Shown: piece by piece, positions 1-13,361 of the stretch
Layout of the letters: every line of letters starts with the position of its first letter
Position numbering within the stretch: position 1 is the stretch's first letter
DNA from: Haliotis rufescens
Lineage: Eukaryota
Assembly: GCF_023055435.1 (NCBI RefSeq)
Contig: NW_025963813.1
Coordinates: 35,216,001 to 35,280,000 of the forward strand
Length of the DNA: 64,000 nt
Direction: 5' to 3'
Notes under the pieces: model-generated
What the model was told of the DNA's origin: nothing
Seen by the model: only the letters and a program-made list of their open reading frames with translations
The model's database searches: none
Translations under genes and position numbers: made by a program

Positions 1-52
1 TTAGAACGAATAGAAGAGCGTAGGCACTTTCTCCATGAAGAAAATGGCTCAC

Positions 53-146
53 CTAAATCATCTGCAACTATGAAGACAATATTTGGGCGTTGTGTTGACG
101 CACAAGACACGAGAACCGAGAGGAACACAAGGATGAACTTCTCCAT
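53..146 (-). CDS. Exon 1 of a B-type arylsulfatase B-like paralog (gene 0); rest of gene lies left of the window
   Basis: Reverse strand reads [32 protein letters not shown]|GTGAG: signal peptide, sulfatase PNIxxIxADDLG motif and a phase-1 donor. Near-identical to exon 1 of gene B (23204-23297); upstream region ~150-2090 aligns in blocks with 23300-24825. Confidence 0.85.
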
Positions 147-2259
147 TTCCACGGTCATACAAAAGTGATTACACCACAGACGTCCTTGTCAAGTTTTATC
201 AGGTGGCCTTCGTTTGCTAATCAGGTGGATAGATATGATCGTATGGGATGTGTGGACAATGATGTGATGGAAAGACGCTAACGTGATTTATTACGTCAAC
301 ACTACAGTCATTAAGATTTCAAATGGTTTAGATTGGTACAGGTAATATTCCATGTCCGACTTCTGATAATTTTGTTTCACATTTTATTCTGTGTCCACTT
401 GCATTTGCGATCAAAGTTCTAAATATGTAATCTGTTAAGGATTGATTCCTATATTATAACACAGATGTTGTAATATCACAACACCTGTTTTTCCAAATAC
501 ATTGACATGAGGACATTAACGTGATGGGTAGGAGCTGATGTGTGGCAATACGTCAACACCAAATTCATTTGAATTTGAACTAAATTCTTTTAAATTTCAC
601 AACTAGATCATTGACATACATGTAATACCTTCTGTCTTAAGTTTACTTTCAGTCAATGTTTCGCCAATTTCAGTCACACAATTTGCTGACCACATGCTGT
701 CATTCGTAGTCCACTTGTACCAAGCGATAACTTATTACTTTTCTGTCTCGTTAGGTATTAATATTATCCTATAACCTTATTTATGACTGTTCTATTGCTG
801 CACAAAATCAGTTTGTGTGCTCATTATAAGCTGGATCTTTTCGGTTTTGAATGTGTATTGGCTTTTGTTGATGTTTTTGTTGGGAACACTCAACTAGTGA
901 ATACACACTGATGGAAGTCAAGTAAACTATGTTGAAAACTTAGAATCACTTTGGGACCACTTTATGTACTTGTGTGCAATATGTTAAGAATACCCTTCGT
1001 GAGATGTTATCCATTTCTTGATGCATATAAAGAACATTGGGTATTATCGATATACCATACCATGTGCGATAAACATAAGCATCTGACAGTATCCTTATCG
1101 GTGACGTCAATAATAGGTTGATTGGTTGGTTGGTGTTTATGCATTAATATAGGTACATGTACTTTACATAGATTCATTAAGGAAAGGAGAAAATGTATAG
1201 CCTTGTCCTTGTGGATACAGTCAGTCTCTTCATGGGTTGGTGGTCATGTGCACTATTTTGGAAATCAGGTCCAGTATTAATATTATTCGGGGGTATGACT
1301 GATGTGTCTCTTTTCGACGCACAGTTGAAACTACACTTGAACCCCTTTGTCGATATGGATTCGAGGTTACGTGATGCTGGGTCTGGGTTACACATCACAT
1401 TGTTGTCAGTGTGAACTTACTTATAAACTTGTAAAGGTCATTCACTCTCATTGGGTAATTGGACTCTGGCCTATGACTTTACCCCATTTCACAAGCTATT
1501 TCAACAGACCATGTTCCGCTTTTCCAATGCTTTTGCCTACAATCGGACCATATAATGCAACATATCCGACAGTTTCTTTTACATGAATTACTATTGTGCC
1601 TCAAACACAAAGTCTTGTCTTTTGTTATTAGTACACACGATTCCATGTGTTTACTTACCAGGCTTCATAAAGCACCTCATTACGAAATGAGTTTTAGTTT
1701 ATTTTAAGGTTGTTTTCGAGTGTTAATTACTCTACTATTGGATATCATTTTGAGGATTTTGATTAAATGTAGACACACACTCATTTCGTCTCTCTTTGTT
1801 CTATGTGTTTTTAGGTGACTGATGTAACAAAGACAATATTGTTCTGGAAATTTGGAGGTAATACATCTGTTTTAATTATGTTGACAAATATTTCTTCAGA
1901 CTACTATCCTAGGTACAGTGACATGTGCACAACTGTTGGATGGTAGTACTCATGCAAGCAAACCAACACGGAATACCATGTTCAGTGTGGTTAGAATGGA
2001 GGCAATGAGTTTATATAACTGAAGCATGTCCGTTGGACAGTCTCTTAAGTTCCATTCTGTCTTACATCAAGAAAACTGTTTCCTTGAAGGAAAACAATCA
2101 ATAATCGAGCAATCTTTTTCAATATTGTTCATCCTATTCCTATAATGCTTTTTTTCAAATACAGTTGATGATACAAATGTTCTTTAAATATCCAATTACA
2201 AATGTATATTTGTTATTTCTTTTTCCCGGCAATGTATTTGCCCAGGTAGTTTACAAATG

Positions 2260-2540
2260 GAATCCGTCCATCCGTCCGTCACGTTCGTTTCCGGAGCAGA
2301 ACCAAAAAACCATGAGAGATATATTAACCAAAATGGCACATAGTGCCTTTTGATACTTTGGGATTTTAACAAAAGAATTCCCTGGAAATGAATTTGACTT
2401 GGACTGAAAATCACCATACGTGGCACAGATCTTGAAAACCGTACAATATTTCTTCACCAAACTTGGCTTACAAATAGGTCTAGTGATAAACTGATGCCTT
2501 TTGATAGTTTGGGAATTGTTACGAATCATTCCTTAGTAAG
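2260..2540. mobile_element. Possible Helitron/Helentron-associated non-autonomous repeat remnant
   Basis: (CCGT)n-like tract followed by two degenerate internal units sharing ACCAAA(A/C)T(T)GGC, an architecture common in mollusc rolling-circle derivatives; ends not defined. Confidence 0.35.
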
Positions 2541-3636
2541 ACACAACTCAGAAATCGTTTACGCATTCTACAAAAAACATCTACGCAGGGTTGTCTGAGA
2601 ATTGTTACCACAATTATTTAATTGAGATGTATACCACTTGACAAAGGAACTTGGACAAGGTATATGGTGAATTATTGTGAAAACACAATTTACAAGTGGC
2701 ACCCGAACCAGCCTACCCCCTACCAGTGCACGGTGGAAACATGAAAAAAACATGAAACTTGAAGATTTCTTTAATGTGCGGAAGATGACTCTACCCATTC
2801 ACTCTCAAACTCACTGTCTTGATTGGTGCTGTACTTCTCAGAACACCTGAACTAGAAATATCAGGGACCTGTGAAACCCCCTTAGAAATAACTAATAACT
2901 TTGAATTGTTTCATGTCAGTATGACTAGTTTATATGAACACTTCCTCTGCCTGAACCATATTTATGATTGGAATTAGAGTGTCACATGTGAACAAGCTGG
3001 TTTCTAATGCATATCTATATTTTCTAAAGATTGAAGTGGGTTCTAACAGTGAAGGACTATTTGGAAGTATCTGCTGTCAAGCTCCATACCCTGACCATAG
3101 TCATCAGAGAGTACGATTCAAACCACGTCACGAGTATACGTGGAGGTAACACTGTCAAAAAGTGACGATACCAGGTGTTCTCGAAAACGTGAATGTATCC
3201 CGCCCCACAGGTCACAAACAAACGCAAATTCAAGTCAATTGTTGACAAAACAAAACACGTGAACACATGTTATAACATGAACAATCCTCCGTCATCGTTA
3301 TACATGAATATGTGCAAACTCTTTAGGTGAAAACATATAAGATGCATCATATTGTCCAAATGTCCACATTAATAGAATTTATACCAATGACTGATAATCA
3401 TCACTGAACGTTGGTTTAACGTCTTGGCCGACATGATATTAGCTTGAAAATAACTGGAGGCTCCAGGAAAAGCGTAAACCTTGTCATTGATAAAGAACAC
3501 GCTAACCATCACTATGCTTTCATAAGAACTTCGTCAACAAATAACACAGATATTGATTGTTGACAAGTTTTCGTTTATGCACGTACGAAATACATATTAC
3601 ACTATTATACTAATATAGTGATACAAGTACATCTGA

Positions 3637-6600
3637 TCAGCACCATCCGGGGGTCCAAGCGTATCCATATTTTCTAGGATCAGATGCAGGATCCGGTCTG
3701 GGGTAATTGGCTGGCACCACCGTCTTCTTGTATTCCTCAAACCGGGCACGCAACTTCGCCACTATGTCCGGCATCTGCTGTGCAAGGTCGTTGTGCTCGG
3801 TAGGATCCTCTGGATATGAATCGGAATATTTGTTAACATGGGGTTAAGAGCTTTATATGCAATATGCATTCAACGTGGTTTTGCATTAGATTTTTAACTG
3901 CTTGTATTCTTTGGTTTTTATCCACCATTAACGTCTGCAGAGTGTGGGTGTTGCTGGCGCTGCAATCGTTTAACGATGGTCAAGTTCAGTTATTATGTGA
4001 TAATGAAAACCTGAAGGGAACTAGGCCTTGGAAACCCGTCAGTTTGAATGTATCCAATAATAGACCAGTCATAACCACAAGTCGAAACAAATATACGGTA
4101 CGTTGGTCACGGTAGCAGTACATGCATGTGCTGACAGGGACTGTGTCATCAGCATGTAGGACATCTAGGGATGACATGACCATTGACTTTATATGTCAAA
4201 TAAGTGCGGACCCGTGAAGATTCCGGGGTAGAATAGGTCTTCAGCAACCCATGCTTGCCGTAAAAGGTGACTATGCTTGTCGTAAAAGGCGACTAACGGG
4301 ATCAGGTGGTCAGGCTCGCTGACTTGGTTGATGCATGTCATCGATCCCAATTGCGTGGGTCGATGCTCATGACATTAATCACTGGATTGTCTTGTCCAGA
4401 CTCGATTATTTACAGACCGCCGTCATATAGCTTAAATATTGCTGAGTGCGGCGTTAAACAAACAACCAACCAACCAACCAACCAACCATCCAACCAACCA
4501 AATAAGTGCGTACCGCGAATGTTGAAGAGATGGACTGGTTCATCTCCTGTGTTGTAAACTGTCTCTTCATATTTGTCATCTTTGGTTCCGTTCATGGGTT
4601 TGTGCCAGCCATCCGGACCTCCTGGGAACCCGAGGATCAGCTTGTAATCTCCTAGTCTGAGACACAAAAAGGAGACACAGTTACATAAACTCCTTACTTG
4701 ATTGCTTTAATTACAGGTCCTAGATTTAGCATAGCACAAAATCAAATCGCAATGACAAATGATACTGGTAACACACCTTATCCCAGCATGGCCTTCGACT
4801 GGAACTGGAAAGTCATCAATGTTGTAGATGAACTCTGTCCTTGATGAAGGGAGCCCGTTTCGAATAGAATCCCAGTGACTCATTCCATCAATGAAAGTTT
4901 CTATTACCCATATACAATGTAAGATGGTAAAAACATTTCGTAGTACCTTGCCGATGATTTTAGCAATAGTTTATCGAACGAACGACACATTCAAAATTGC
5001 CTCACTGATTCTTTGAAGTTAGAAAGTAATCTTTCGTGATTGCAATTGCGACAAAATATTTGGAAACATGAAAGAGAATCTCCTTACCTGGAGTTCCCCC
5101 AGCAGCAGACACTAAAGTCGGTTTCCAGTCGACGGCGTGGATCATCCTGTTTTGAGGTAGAAGCGATTCACATTTACAATAAACCGCATGTTTTAATCCA
5201 TCAAAAATTGACTACAACATTTCAAATAGTTTTAGTTTATGTACTAAATAATCAATGAGTGGTATAACAAGAATGTCATCAATGGTGCATTATGAATACA
5301 CTACCAGTCATAACATTGATATAGTGATATTACACATATGTGGCGATGTGAACATGGTTATGGAAGCATGAACACTGATAATTTTCATATGCTATGTTTT
5401 CCTGAATTCGAGTTTCAATCAGGAAGTGTCCATAGTCCTATATTAACTTTCTAAATGTCTGTCGAAATTCTAACAAGGATCATTTATTTTTTCTTTGGAT
5501 CATCATTGATAAACTTTTCTAAAATAGAATCACTGAATGTGGTTTGATTGTATCCACTGGTGTTACCCATCGTATGTCGTTCTTGTCTTCTTGAGGCCAG
5601 CACCATACATGAAGGATGTCCCCCTCGTTCCCCCCTCCCAGATCGTGTACTTTCCCCCTCTCAAAGGCCAGTTGTTGCCATACTTTTCTATATAGCCCCC
5701 ATTCTGTAAAATCAACGGTTTATTAAAAGGGAGAATGACATGATTATCAGTGTTATGAAACATGAGTATCCAGCTGAACCAATAACATATATTTAATCTT
5801 TCATAAACTGAAATAATGGGAAAGTTCAATGTATTTTTCACTCACAAATTTTCAGCGGGAAAGGTGTTATGTTCCTATTGTATAACATGGAACTGCCTTG
5901 GTGGCTGTGTGTGTTTCATTTTTTAGCTTTGCACAATGCCGTTTCTTTCATACATCATTTGATAATATTTAACAAGAAAGAAAAGATCTTATTTTGCTGC
6001 CGTGTATTGTAAAGTGTCATAAAGTCAAACTGTCATTGGTGTTAAGCAAGCCATATTTATTGTTAAAGATTGCGAGAACTATAGTCTGATTACAAAAAAA
6101 CATCCACCAAGTACAGGATACGTGAATCATTCTGTAAAATAATGATGTTGATACTGCGGCCAACCTTTAAAATACAGTACCACAAACCTTTCAAACACGT
6201 CACAATACCGTATTACGTAATTTGTAGTATTTTGTTGCCAGTCACACCGGCGAAACAATGCCCTGTGACGTCAGGGGTCATCGCGTGTGCATAAGCTCCC
6301 CCCAGGTGATCTATCATCTCTACCCGCAATGTCATTGAATACGCCCAGCGGTGTTGAGAGTTTTGAATATTTGTTTACAAAATATAGCCTGCGGCGGCGC
6401 ATTTTAGAGCAAGCGCTAGTTTACGTTTTTCTCCTGATTCAAGTGGCTAAAATGGTTAATGTACATATATTATTTTTTCGGTTCATTTATTTTCATTATT
6501 ATGCAAAAGAATGCAGTTTATTAGGGATATTATTTTGGCGCTGAACACAACCAAATGTCGCCAGTGTTAGGGTAGGTTATCCCAAACTCTATCCTTAGCC

Positions 6601-9600
6601 CTTGGATCCCCTCTACGATCAATCACCCCTACGATCATTAGGTTTAGGTACCCGTTTTTTGGCTATTAGATTACTCGAACTCTATCCTTAGCCCTGGATC
6701 CCCTTGACGATCATGAGGGTTAGGTACCCGTTTAGTGGATGTTATAGATTCTATAGCGGCTCCTAATATTCTTCACGCAAAACCGTTGAGTATAAAGGAT
6801 GAAATGGTTTTGTGTCGAATATTTTGGCTACTGGAAACTGTCCTTGAACATTCACACAAGCCACTTTCACCGGCTATATTTTTTAAGTACTGATTCAAAA
6901 GCGAAATCACCGTTGCGTCGTCACCAGCCATGCTCATGCCTCCCTCGTTCCTTACTATTATCCACATCATTCTAACAGTGTTCCCTACCCCACTTTTCTG
7001 TCACAAAATCCGACCGACGAATTATTATGTCATTCATGCGTACTCCCGAGTTCGATGTCTGACGTCTAACGCCCCGAGCCGTTTTTAATTCGCGCTATAT
7101 TGGCTCATTCCTGACCACGGACCTGTAGATTACGGAATGGGACGAGTGTGCCGAATGACATCGAGATCATTCGTAAATGTCCGTAGACTAAAGTCACGAT
7201 CGCGAGACACCGTGCCTACCCGTAACCTTCGTAAGTGTCCGTCACCTATTCGACCCTTTTCGTTCAGTTCCGTAACGTCATAGGCATGACTAGGTAAATT
7301 TGCACTTATTTTCACAGTGTGGACGTAGCTCGGTCGGTTAGCTGTCGGGCTAACAATCCGAAGGTCGCGGGTTCACGTCCGACGGATTCTCACAAAAACT
7401 GTTTGCTTGTCTTTGCGACATGTGATCTACGGCAGCGATCGTCCTCACGAGAGGTTGTGGCACTTTATTCTAAAGGTGCTCCGATACTGCAACTGCAAGT
7501 ACTTACGTCTGTGGTAAATAGAATCAGAGTATTTCCAAACAAACCCCGATCCGTCAGGGCCCGAGTAATATTTCCAACCGCCTCATCCAGGGCAGACACC
7601 ATTCCTGCAAGTAATGAAAGTAGTGGGTCAGTGCTTTGAAAAATATTTCAGATATGGCATTCCCCTTATGTAACTCAGCTCCACAATAATTCAATATTAC
7701 TTGGCACTATAATAATTTTCTTTCTGAGAAACACAACATGAGGTTTGAGAATATGAGTGAGACAATTGCATGAATGAATATATAGGAAATACGGACATTA
7801 ATGTGCATACCGCTGAACTTTCTTCGCCCTTTGTTAATCACGTTCAGATACATGTCCTCGTACTTCTTAGGCACCTGTGGCGTCCATTGTTGAGGTACAT
7901 ACATTGACAAACTGAACACATTCATTGCATTGTGAATAAATAGAGCATCTAGAGCATAGTGACACAACTATTATCATATTAGCATAATCATAATTTGCCA
8001 CTTTCAACAGTATTCCATTTATATCACGGTGTGTCAGTATCATATGGGAGGAAAGCCCAAAGTGAAGTAGTCTTTTTGGTGAAACCCACGAGCACTGGCA
8101 AAGTGCTGACAAGACCAAGAAAAATAAGACTGGGCCGCCCTGCCGCCGAAATGGTAATGAATTGATCCATTCGTGACTATGTATATGACACTCTTAATAG
8201 CAACGTCTTTCGGAAATAATAAAACTGACGTTAATGTTAAAATTGGACAGACTCAACTGTAGGCGGAGAATCTAAACGTATACTCGTTTTCAATACTGTG
8301 ATTCAATTACCTCCATAGGAGCATGTACATTCTGATAAGGGAGATACATAAATAGAGGCTGTGATACATTATGTCGATGGATGATGTCAACGGCTCTCTG
8401 GGCGAATGTGAACTGAAAGGACAATAGGAATGTACACAATGATCAAACCAATAAAAGACTTTAGATTTGTTACAAAACGTAAGTATTTTAAAAATATAAT
8501 CGTGATTGATATAAAGATTGTCAGCTACCCTTAACGGCAAATTGCCCTTGCATACATACAGCAGAATATTCTCCAGAATAGTTTCTTGCCGGTCGCTGAT
8601 TGTCCCTGTAGTCTAAGTACCCTCCTGTTGGAATATTAAAGAAAATAGATCAAAATACATCTGCAAAGAATGTATATAAAAAACGTAAATTCACGAAGCG
8701 ACCTTTAAGAGAAGCTTTCTAGAAACCTTACAACCAGAATAATACGCACCAACAGTGTGATTGAAGTAGTCTTCAGCTCCATTATAATAACCAAAGAAAG
8801 TATCGAAGCCTCGGTACGTCGGTGTGCACTCCCACTTGCAATAACCCAGGTGCCATCTGAAATTGTAGTGCATATGATAAGTGTACAGATACATACTGCC
8901 ACTTACATACACAACACAATTCCTGTGCACCATAAAATTCACATTAAAATACAGCTTCGAAGGTGTTTTTTCCTTAGAATCATGCATGGTTATCATATGT
9001 ACAAACACTTTGTCAAAATAACCCCATGATGACCCTGATAAAATCACTTGCATCTCGGGACATTGCATGTACTAATCCCTCGAGTAAGAATTTCGTCTCA
9101 CATTCACAGTACACAGCCAAACCCTATAAAGGTTATGCCACACCTTTCCTAAAATGCGCGGTTGCATGCGATTGGAATGTTTGAAACTGTAATTGCACTA
9201 AACGTTGTTGCTGAACATTTTTGTGTTCATCGTAACGCTTATCATTCAGTCTTGGAACACCAGGGACCGACCACCATCACGACATCTACGAGTAATCTCA
9301 CGTTGGGAAGGTCATCAAGGTCAACTTTATCAGCCCACATCATCCCTGGCTTACCTCCGTGCAAGTACTGTGAGGAATCGACGATGAGAGCATAACATCT
9401 GACCATGACCTCAAACGACGTTTACGTTTGATGCAACGTCACTGGACTGTACGCCTGTCATGGTCAAGACAACATCTAAGATTCAAGTTACAGGACTAGA
9501 GGTCCTCTTTAAGGATTAGTCCAGGTTACATTTTGACAGCAGTGATGATCGTCAGCGTGTTTATCGACGCCGAATGGCGTGTTCAACGTAGTGCATTTCG

Positions 9601-11319
9601 GTGGCGGGAGTATAATGGGATGGGAAAGCATCACTGCACACCACTGGACCCCTCTAATGATCATCCTTCAGACCCATGGCCGTCACATCATTTTACATCA
9701 TGACAATTCACGCCCTTAATTTCGTCTGCACACGAGAGCTATCGCCCATTGAGCATGTGTGGTATGTAAAGAAACGTCATTTACGCCTGTTTCCAAACCT
9801 ATCAACATTGGTTCAGCTGTGACAAGTGATGGTCCAGAACTGAAATGACTTCACATAAATCTTCCTCAAACATCTTATGTTGTCAGGTAGGCGCCGTTCT
9901 CAGTATTTTGTCACTGCTGATGGTGGTCCTACCTGATACTGACCCAATACTGACCCAATACTGACTTGTGAACTGACAACTGACCGTACACATAGTATGT
10001 AATAAACTATGTTTTCATTTGGTCCAGTTAAATGTCAATAGCTGTTTGTATTTTCATTGTAAAGTAATACCTACTTTCCTATCATGTGCGTAGCATAGCC
10101 GAGTTTCTTCAGTTTCTCAGGCAGGAAGGTATAGTTGAGGGGCACACACACTGCTTGGGCATGGAACACTGTCTTATGCTAAATATGAATTTGTCTTTGT
10201 GAGAAATTCCTGCATGCTCACATGGGACATTACATGAGATCAGTTTCATCAGGAACGTGAATGATTAAAGATCAGAAGTAGATGTAAACAAGTCATATGC
10301 ACTTATGGCTTTAACAAACATTTAAGCTAGCCTGACAATCCGATCCCATTAATCGCCTCTTACGACAAACAAAGTCGCCTCTTACGGCAAGAATGTGTTT
10401 CTGAAGGCTTATTCTAACCCAGACCTTCACAGGTGAATCATTTAAATGGTCATGATAACTCTGACAATACATCTTGTGTGTTTATTCGAAAACATGGTCA
10501 ATTGAACATTGTGAAGGGTTTCTCCTTCAAGAAGCGGGAGAATATCCCTAAATAGATTGTTAGGAATATATTGCTCAATGCGTTTTTGTACGTCCTAATA
10601 TTTATGAATTGATCGACATAATTACCTGCATGCCTACATGGAATGGAAACATTCCACTCATAAAGGCGGTACGGGATCTGAAACAATGAGTGTACTGATA
10701 TTTGTGTAATATTGTAATGCAATTACAAAGGCATTTCGACACTACAGCTCCACCTAAAACCTGTTCAATATTGTTTTATCTATTGGTATTTGTTTTTTAA
10801 AACTTGAAAACATGTTCGTCTCCATGTGCATGGAATGAATGTCTACTGTAACTTATTTGATAATTTATATTTTGTTGAATTGCAACTGAAGTTACAATCA
10901 ATGTCTTTTCTTATGCCTCATTAAAATGAGAATGGAACAATATAACCAATTTACGGGCTGCACAGAGGCTGGACATATGCATTTTCGAAGATGATTCCTT
11001 CTGTGGCCAATTTGTCGATGTTTGGGGTCTTCATGTCGGAATTCCGGAAACCAACATCATTCCAGCCTGTACAAACACACAGTCTCCTATGAATACTTGG
11101 TTTTATAGTATAAATATATCTACTTTGAAATGAGATGCATTTAGAGTGGCATACTGTTTCAGTAGGTAGCTCACTTAAATCACTTTCTGATTGCCTTTAC
11201 TATCTACACTCACCTAAGTCATCAGCCACAATGAACACGATGTTCGGACGCTGTGCTGATGCCAATGAAAAATAAAATAAACATAAGAACAGAGCAAGGA
11301 GCTGTCGAACGTCCATCAT
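3637..11319 (-). CDS. Arylsulfatase B-like sulfatase, paralog A (14 exons, 481 aa, intact)
   Basis: Exons 11214-11319, 10955-11066, 10626-10677, 10075-10178, 8750-8856, 8560-8624, 8311-8412, 7811-7874, 7507-7604, 5567-5703, 5088-5146, 4777-4900, 4514-4656, 3637-3809 (1446 nt, all GT-AG, phases consistent). Signal peptide, ADDLGWND, FGly motif [32 protein letters not shown], ends WTPGWC*. Confidence 0.93.
4209..4499 (+). mobile_element. SINE-like retroposon family R1, full length, in gene A intron 13
   Basis: CCCGTGAAGA...GCTGAGTGCGGCGTTAAAC(CAAC)n; TSD CAAATAAGTGCG at 4197-4208 and 4499-4510; absent at the homologous site of gene C. Confidence 0.85.
6158..7482. mobile_element. Non-autonomous DNA transposon (Merlin-like or other 8-bp-TSD superfamily) in gene A intron 9
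   Basis: TSD GATACTGC at 6150-6157 and 7483-7490; imperfect 27-bp TIRs GGCCAACCTTTAAAATACAGTACCACA / GGAGCACCTTTAGAATAAAGTGCCACA (21/27); site empty in gene C. Confidence 0.8.
7320..7392 (+). other. Degenerate tRNA-like sequence inside the DNA transposon
   Basis: A-box TAGCTCGGTCGG, anticodon arm TCGGG-CTAACAA-TCCGA, GGTCGCGGGTTCA; acceptor and T stems do not pair well, so not called a tRNA gene. Confidence 0.5.
9105..9990 (+). mobile_element. Degraded Tc1/mariner remnant in gene A intron 4
   Basis: Frameshifted transposase motifs ([22 protein letters not shown]); homologous copy in gene C intron 4. Confidence 0.7.
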
Positions 11320-12589
11320 GTAGTTCATTGAGCAAAAATGAGACCGTATGATGGTATCTGCCTATGTATAGATATTTCAATGTCATGGACTAGACTGATA
11401 AAGCATATCTCCACTTGACAGATATGCTCATATTTTCACTTGACATATATGCTCTGGTATGTGTCACAATTACGTTTGACCATGCTTAATTAATAAGTAG
11501 GAACGTTTTAGCATACTTTGTGAGATTGATGGAACGTCGCGATCGCATATTTTAGTCCAAGAATCTGTATGAAACAGGTTTTAAGATCACCATGATCCAT
11601 GGAATGATCATAATGACTGGGCTATACATTCCTGGCAGATAACAAAACTATGCAACAACAACCGTGATATAAATACCAGTCAGATTAAACATCATGTTCA
11701 CATGCTTATTGTAGACATTTGCAGCCTTTGGCAAGGGTAGAATATCGATACATACATTTTGCTTATAAAATACAATACATATTTGAGAATGCCGAGATGG
11801 TATGCCAAGCTGGTCAGGTTCTCCAGGAAGCATTCAAGCTATGTTGGTGTGTTTGTTGTTCATCGCCATACGCCGCAACAGTCCAACCATATGCCAGCGA
11901 CCTATTGAGGGAATAGGTATGCAGTATTAGAACATAAGGAGTGTCCTTGGGTCCTTAAGGAATGTTTCTATATTATACCTCTCTGGGTCGTTAACATTGT
12001 GCACAAGGCTTGTGACCCTTTGCTTGTAAGTCTTGCGTAGGGTACCGAGTCTCTAATCTAACCTGAAACACACAGGGACCCGTCAATCTGAAACACATGG
12101 CTCCATGAAACTCAATGTTGTGTTTTGGGATCGTGAAGATGTAAACACTTTTGGAAAAAGGTGATCCTCATGACACTAAGTTTGTATTAAGTATTATACA
12201 GTATACACGTATACACTGTAGTGTTATTGTAAATTCCTGTTCCTGTTCCTTCCTTCATGAGATGGCTTCATATAGTCACGTGTCGCTGTATTATACGTTC
12301 ACTCAAGCATCAGTAGTTGTCGTCTTCTTTTTCTGATGGGTCTTATCTGTAAACCTTTAGTTTCGGTAGGGAAGGATCGCCACAGATAAGTAGTTGTAAG
12401 TAGTAGTACGCACGGTAGTATTGGGTTTTTAAAGATCATGTAAACATAGAATGAATGAAGTGCCTTCAAGTATTAATCTTGTATTTTACATATGTTCACA
12501 TCAATGATGGGCTTCACACATTGAACCTACTGAATTATGCAGTCAGCCAAGAATTATATAATGACAATTATATAATGGTAATGCACGTT

Positions 12590-13350
12590 TCCACACGGAG
12601 AAATAGAACTAGAACACAGAGACAAATCGTCAATAGGCATTTAGAAGTTGGTGTAACTTCTTTATTACAATTAAGAGCGACGGCGTTGGTTCTAAAACCG
12701 TTTTCAAGCAAGTTGTATACAGAGTATGGTTAACAAGTAAATATACAGGTAGGAGGCAATGTTTATACAGTAGAGTAGTTATCTCATGTAGTATTACTGG
12801 AATGGAGAAGCCTGTTATGTACACAAAAGGGTAGTAAAGACAATTATCGGCGAAGTCGGTAACATAAACAAAAGGATGACGCCAGTAATATAAACAACAG
12901 GATTATGGTAGATTAGGGTCTTTGATGAGTGGATAGTACGCTGGGGGTATGTAATAGCCTTGGTCACGGTTGAAACAGGGTTGGAGTCTTTTGATGTTGA
13001 TAGCTTCTTGAAGTTTTCTGATTTTGAAGTCTTTGAGGTTGGTGGTGGGAGCTTTCACTTTATCCAACACAATGCTGTGGCTTGGGTTGTCACGGATATG
13101 GTCTGATAGAGCCGATTTTGGGTCATCCTTTGAGACTGAGCTTTGATGTTCTTTAATTCGGGTTTTATGGGGCCTAGAAGTTTCTCCAATGTAAGCTTGT
13201 CCACAATTGCATGGAATGTGGTACACTGCACCTGATGGTTCTAGTTTGTGTCTAGATGGCGGTTTCCCTGTGGCTGTTATTGTGTTCTGAATGGTATGAC
13301 TTCTCTTGAAAACTAGATCAATGTAGGGGAGGCTGATCACAAAGGGTGCA
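12590..13350 (-). mobile_element. Penelope-like retroelement 3' fragment (GIY-YIG endonuclease)
   Basis: ORF 12903-13340: GAVYHIPCNCGQAYIGETSR...RIKEH...SALSDH...RKLQEAINIK...FNRDQG. Confidence 0.85.
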
Positions 13351-13361
13351 GACTGTTGAGA

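Noticed and set aside
4306-4557. Recurrent ORFs starting [16 protein letters not shown] (also 43335, 47938, 54933, 59962)
   Set aside because: They are chance translations of the R1 repeat, with variable stops and frameshifts between copies.
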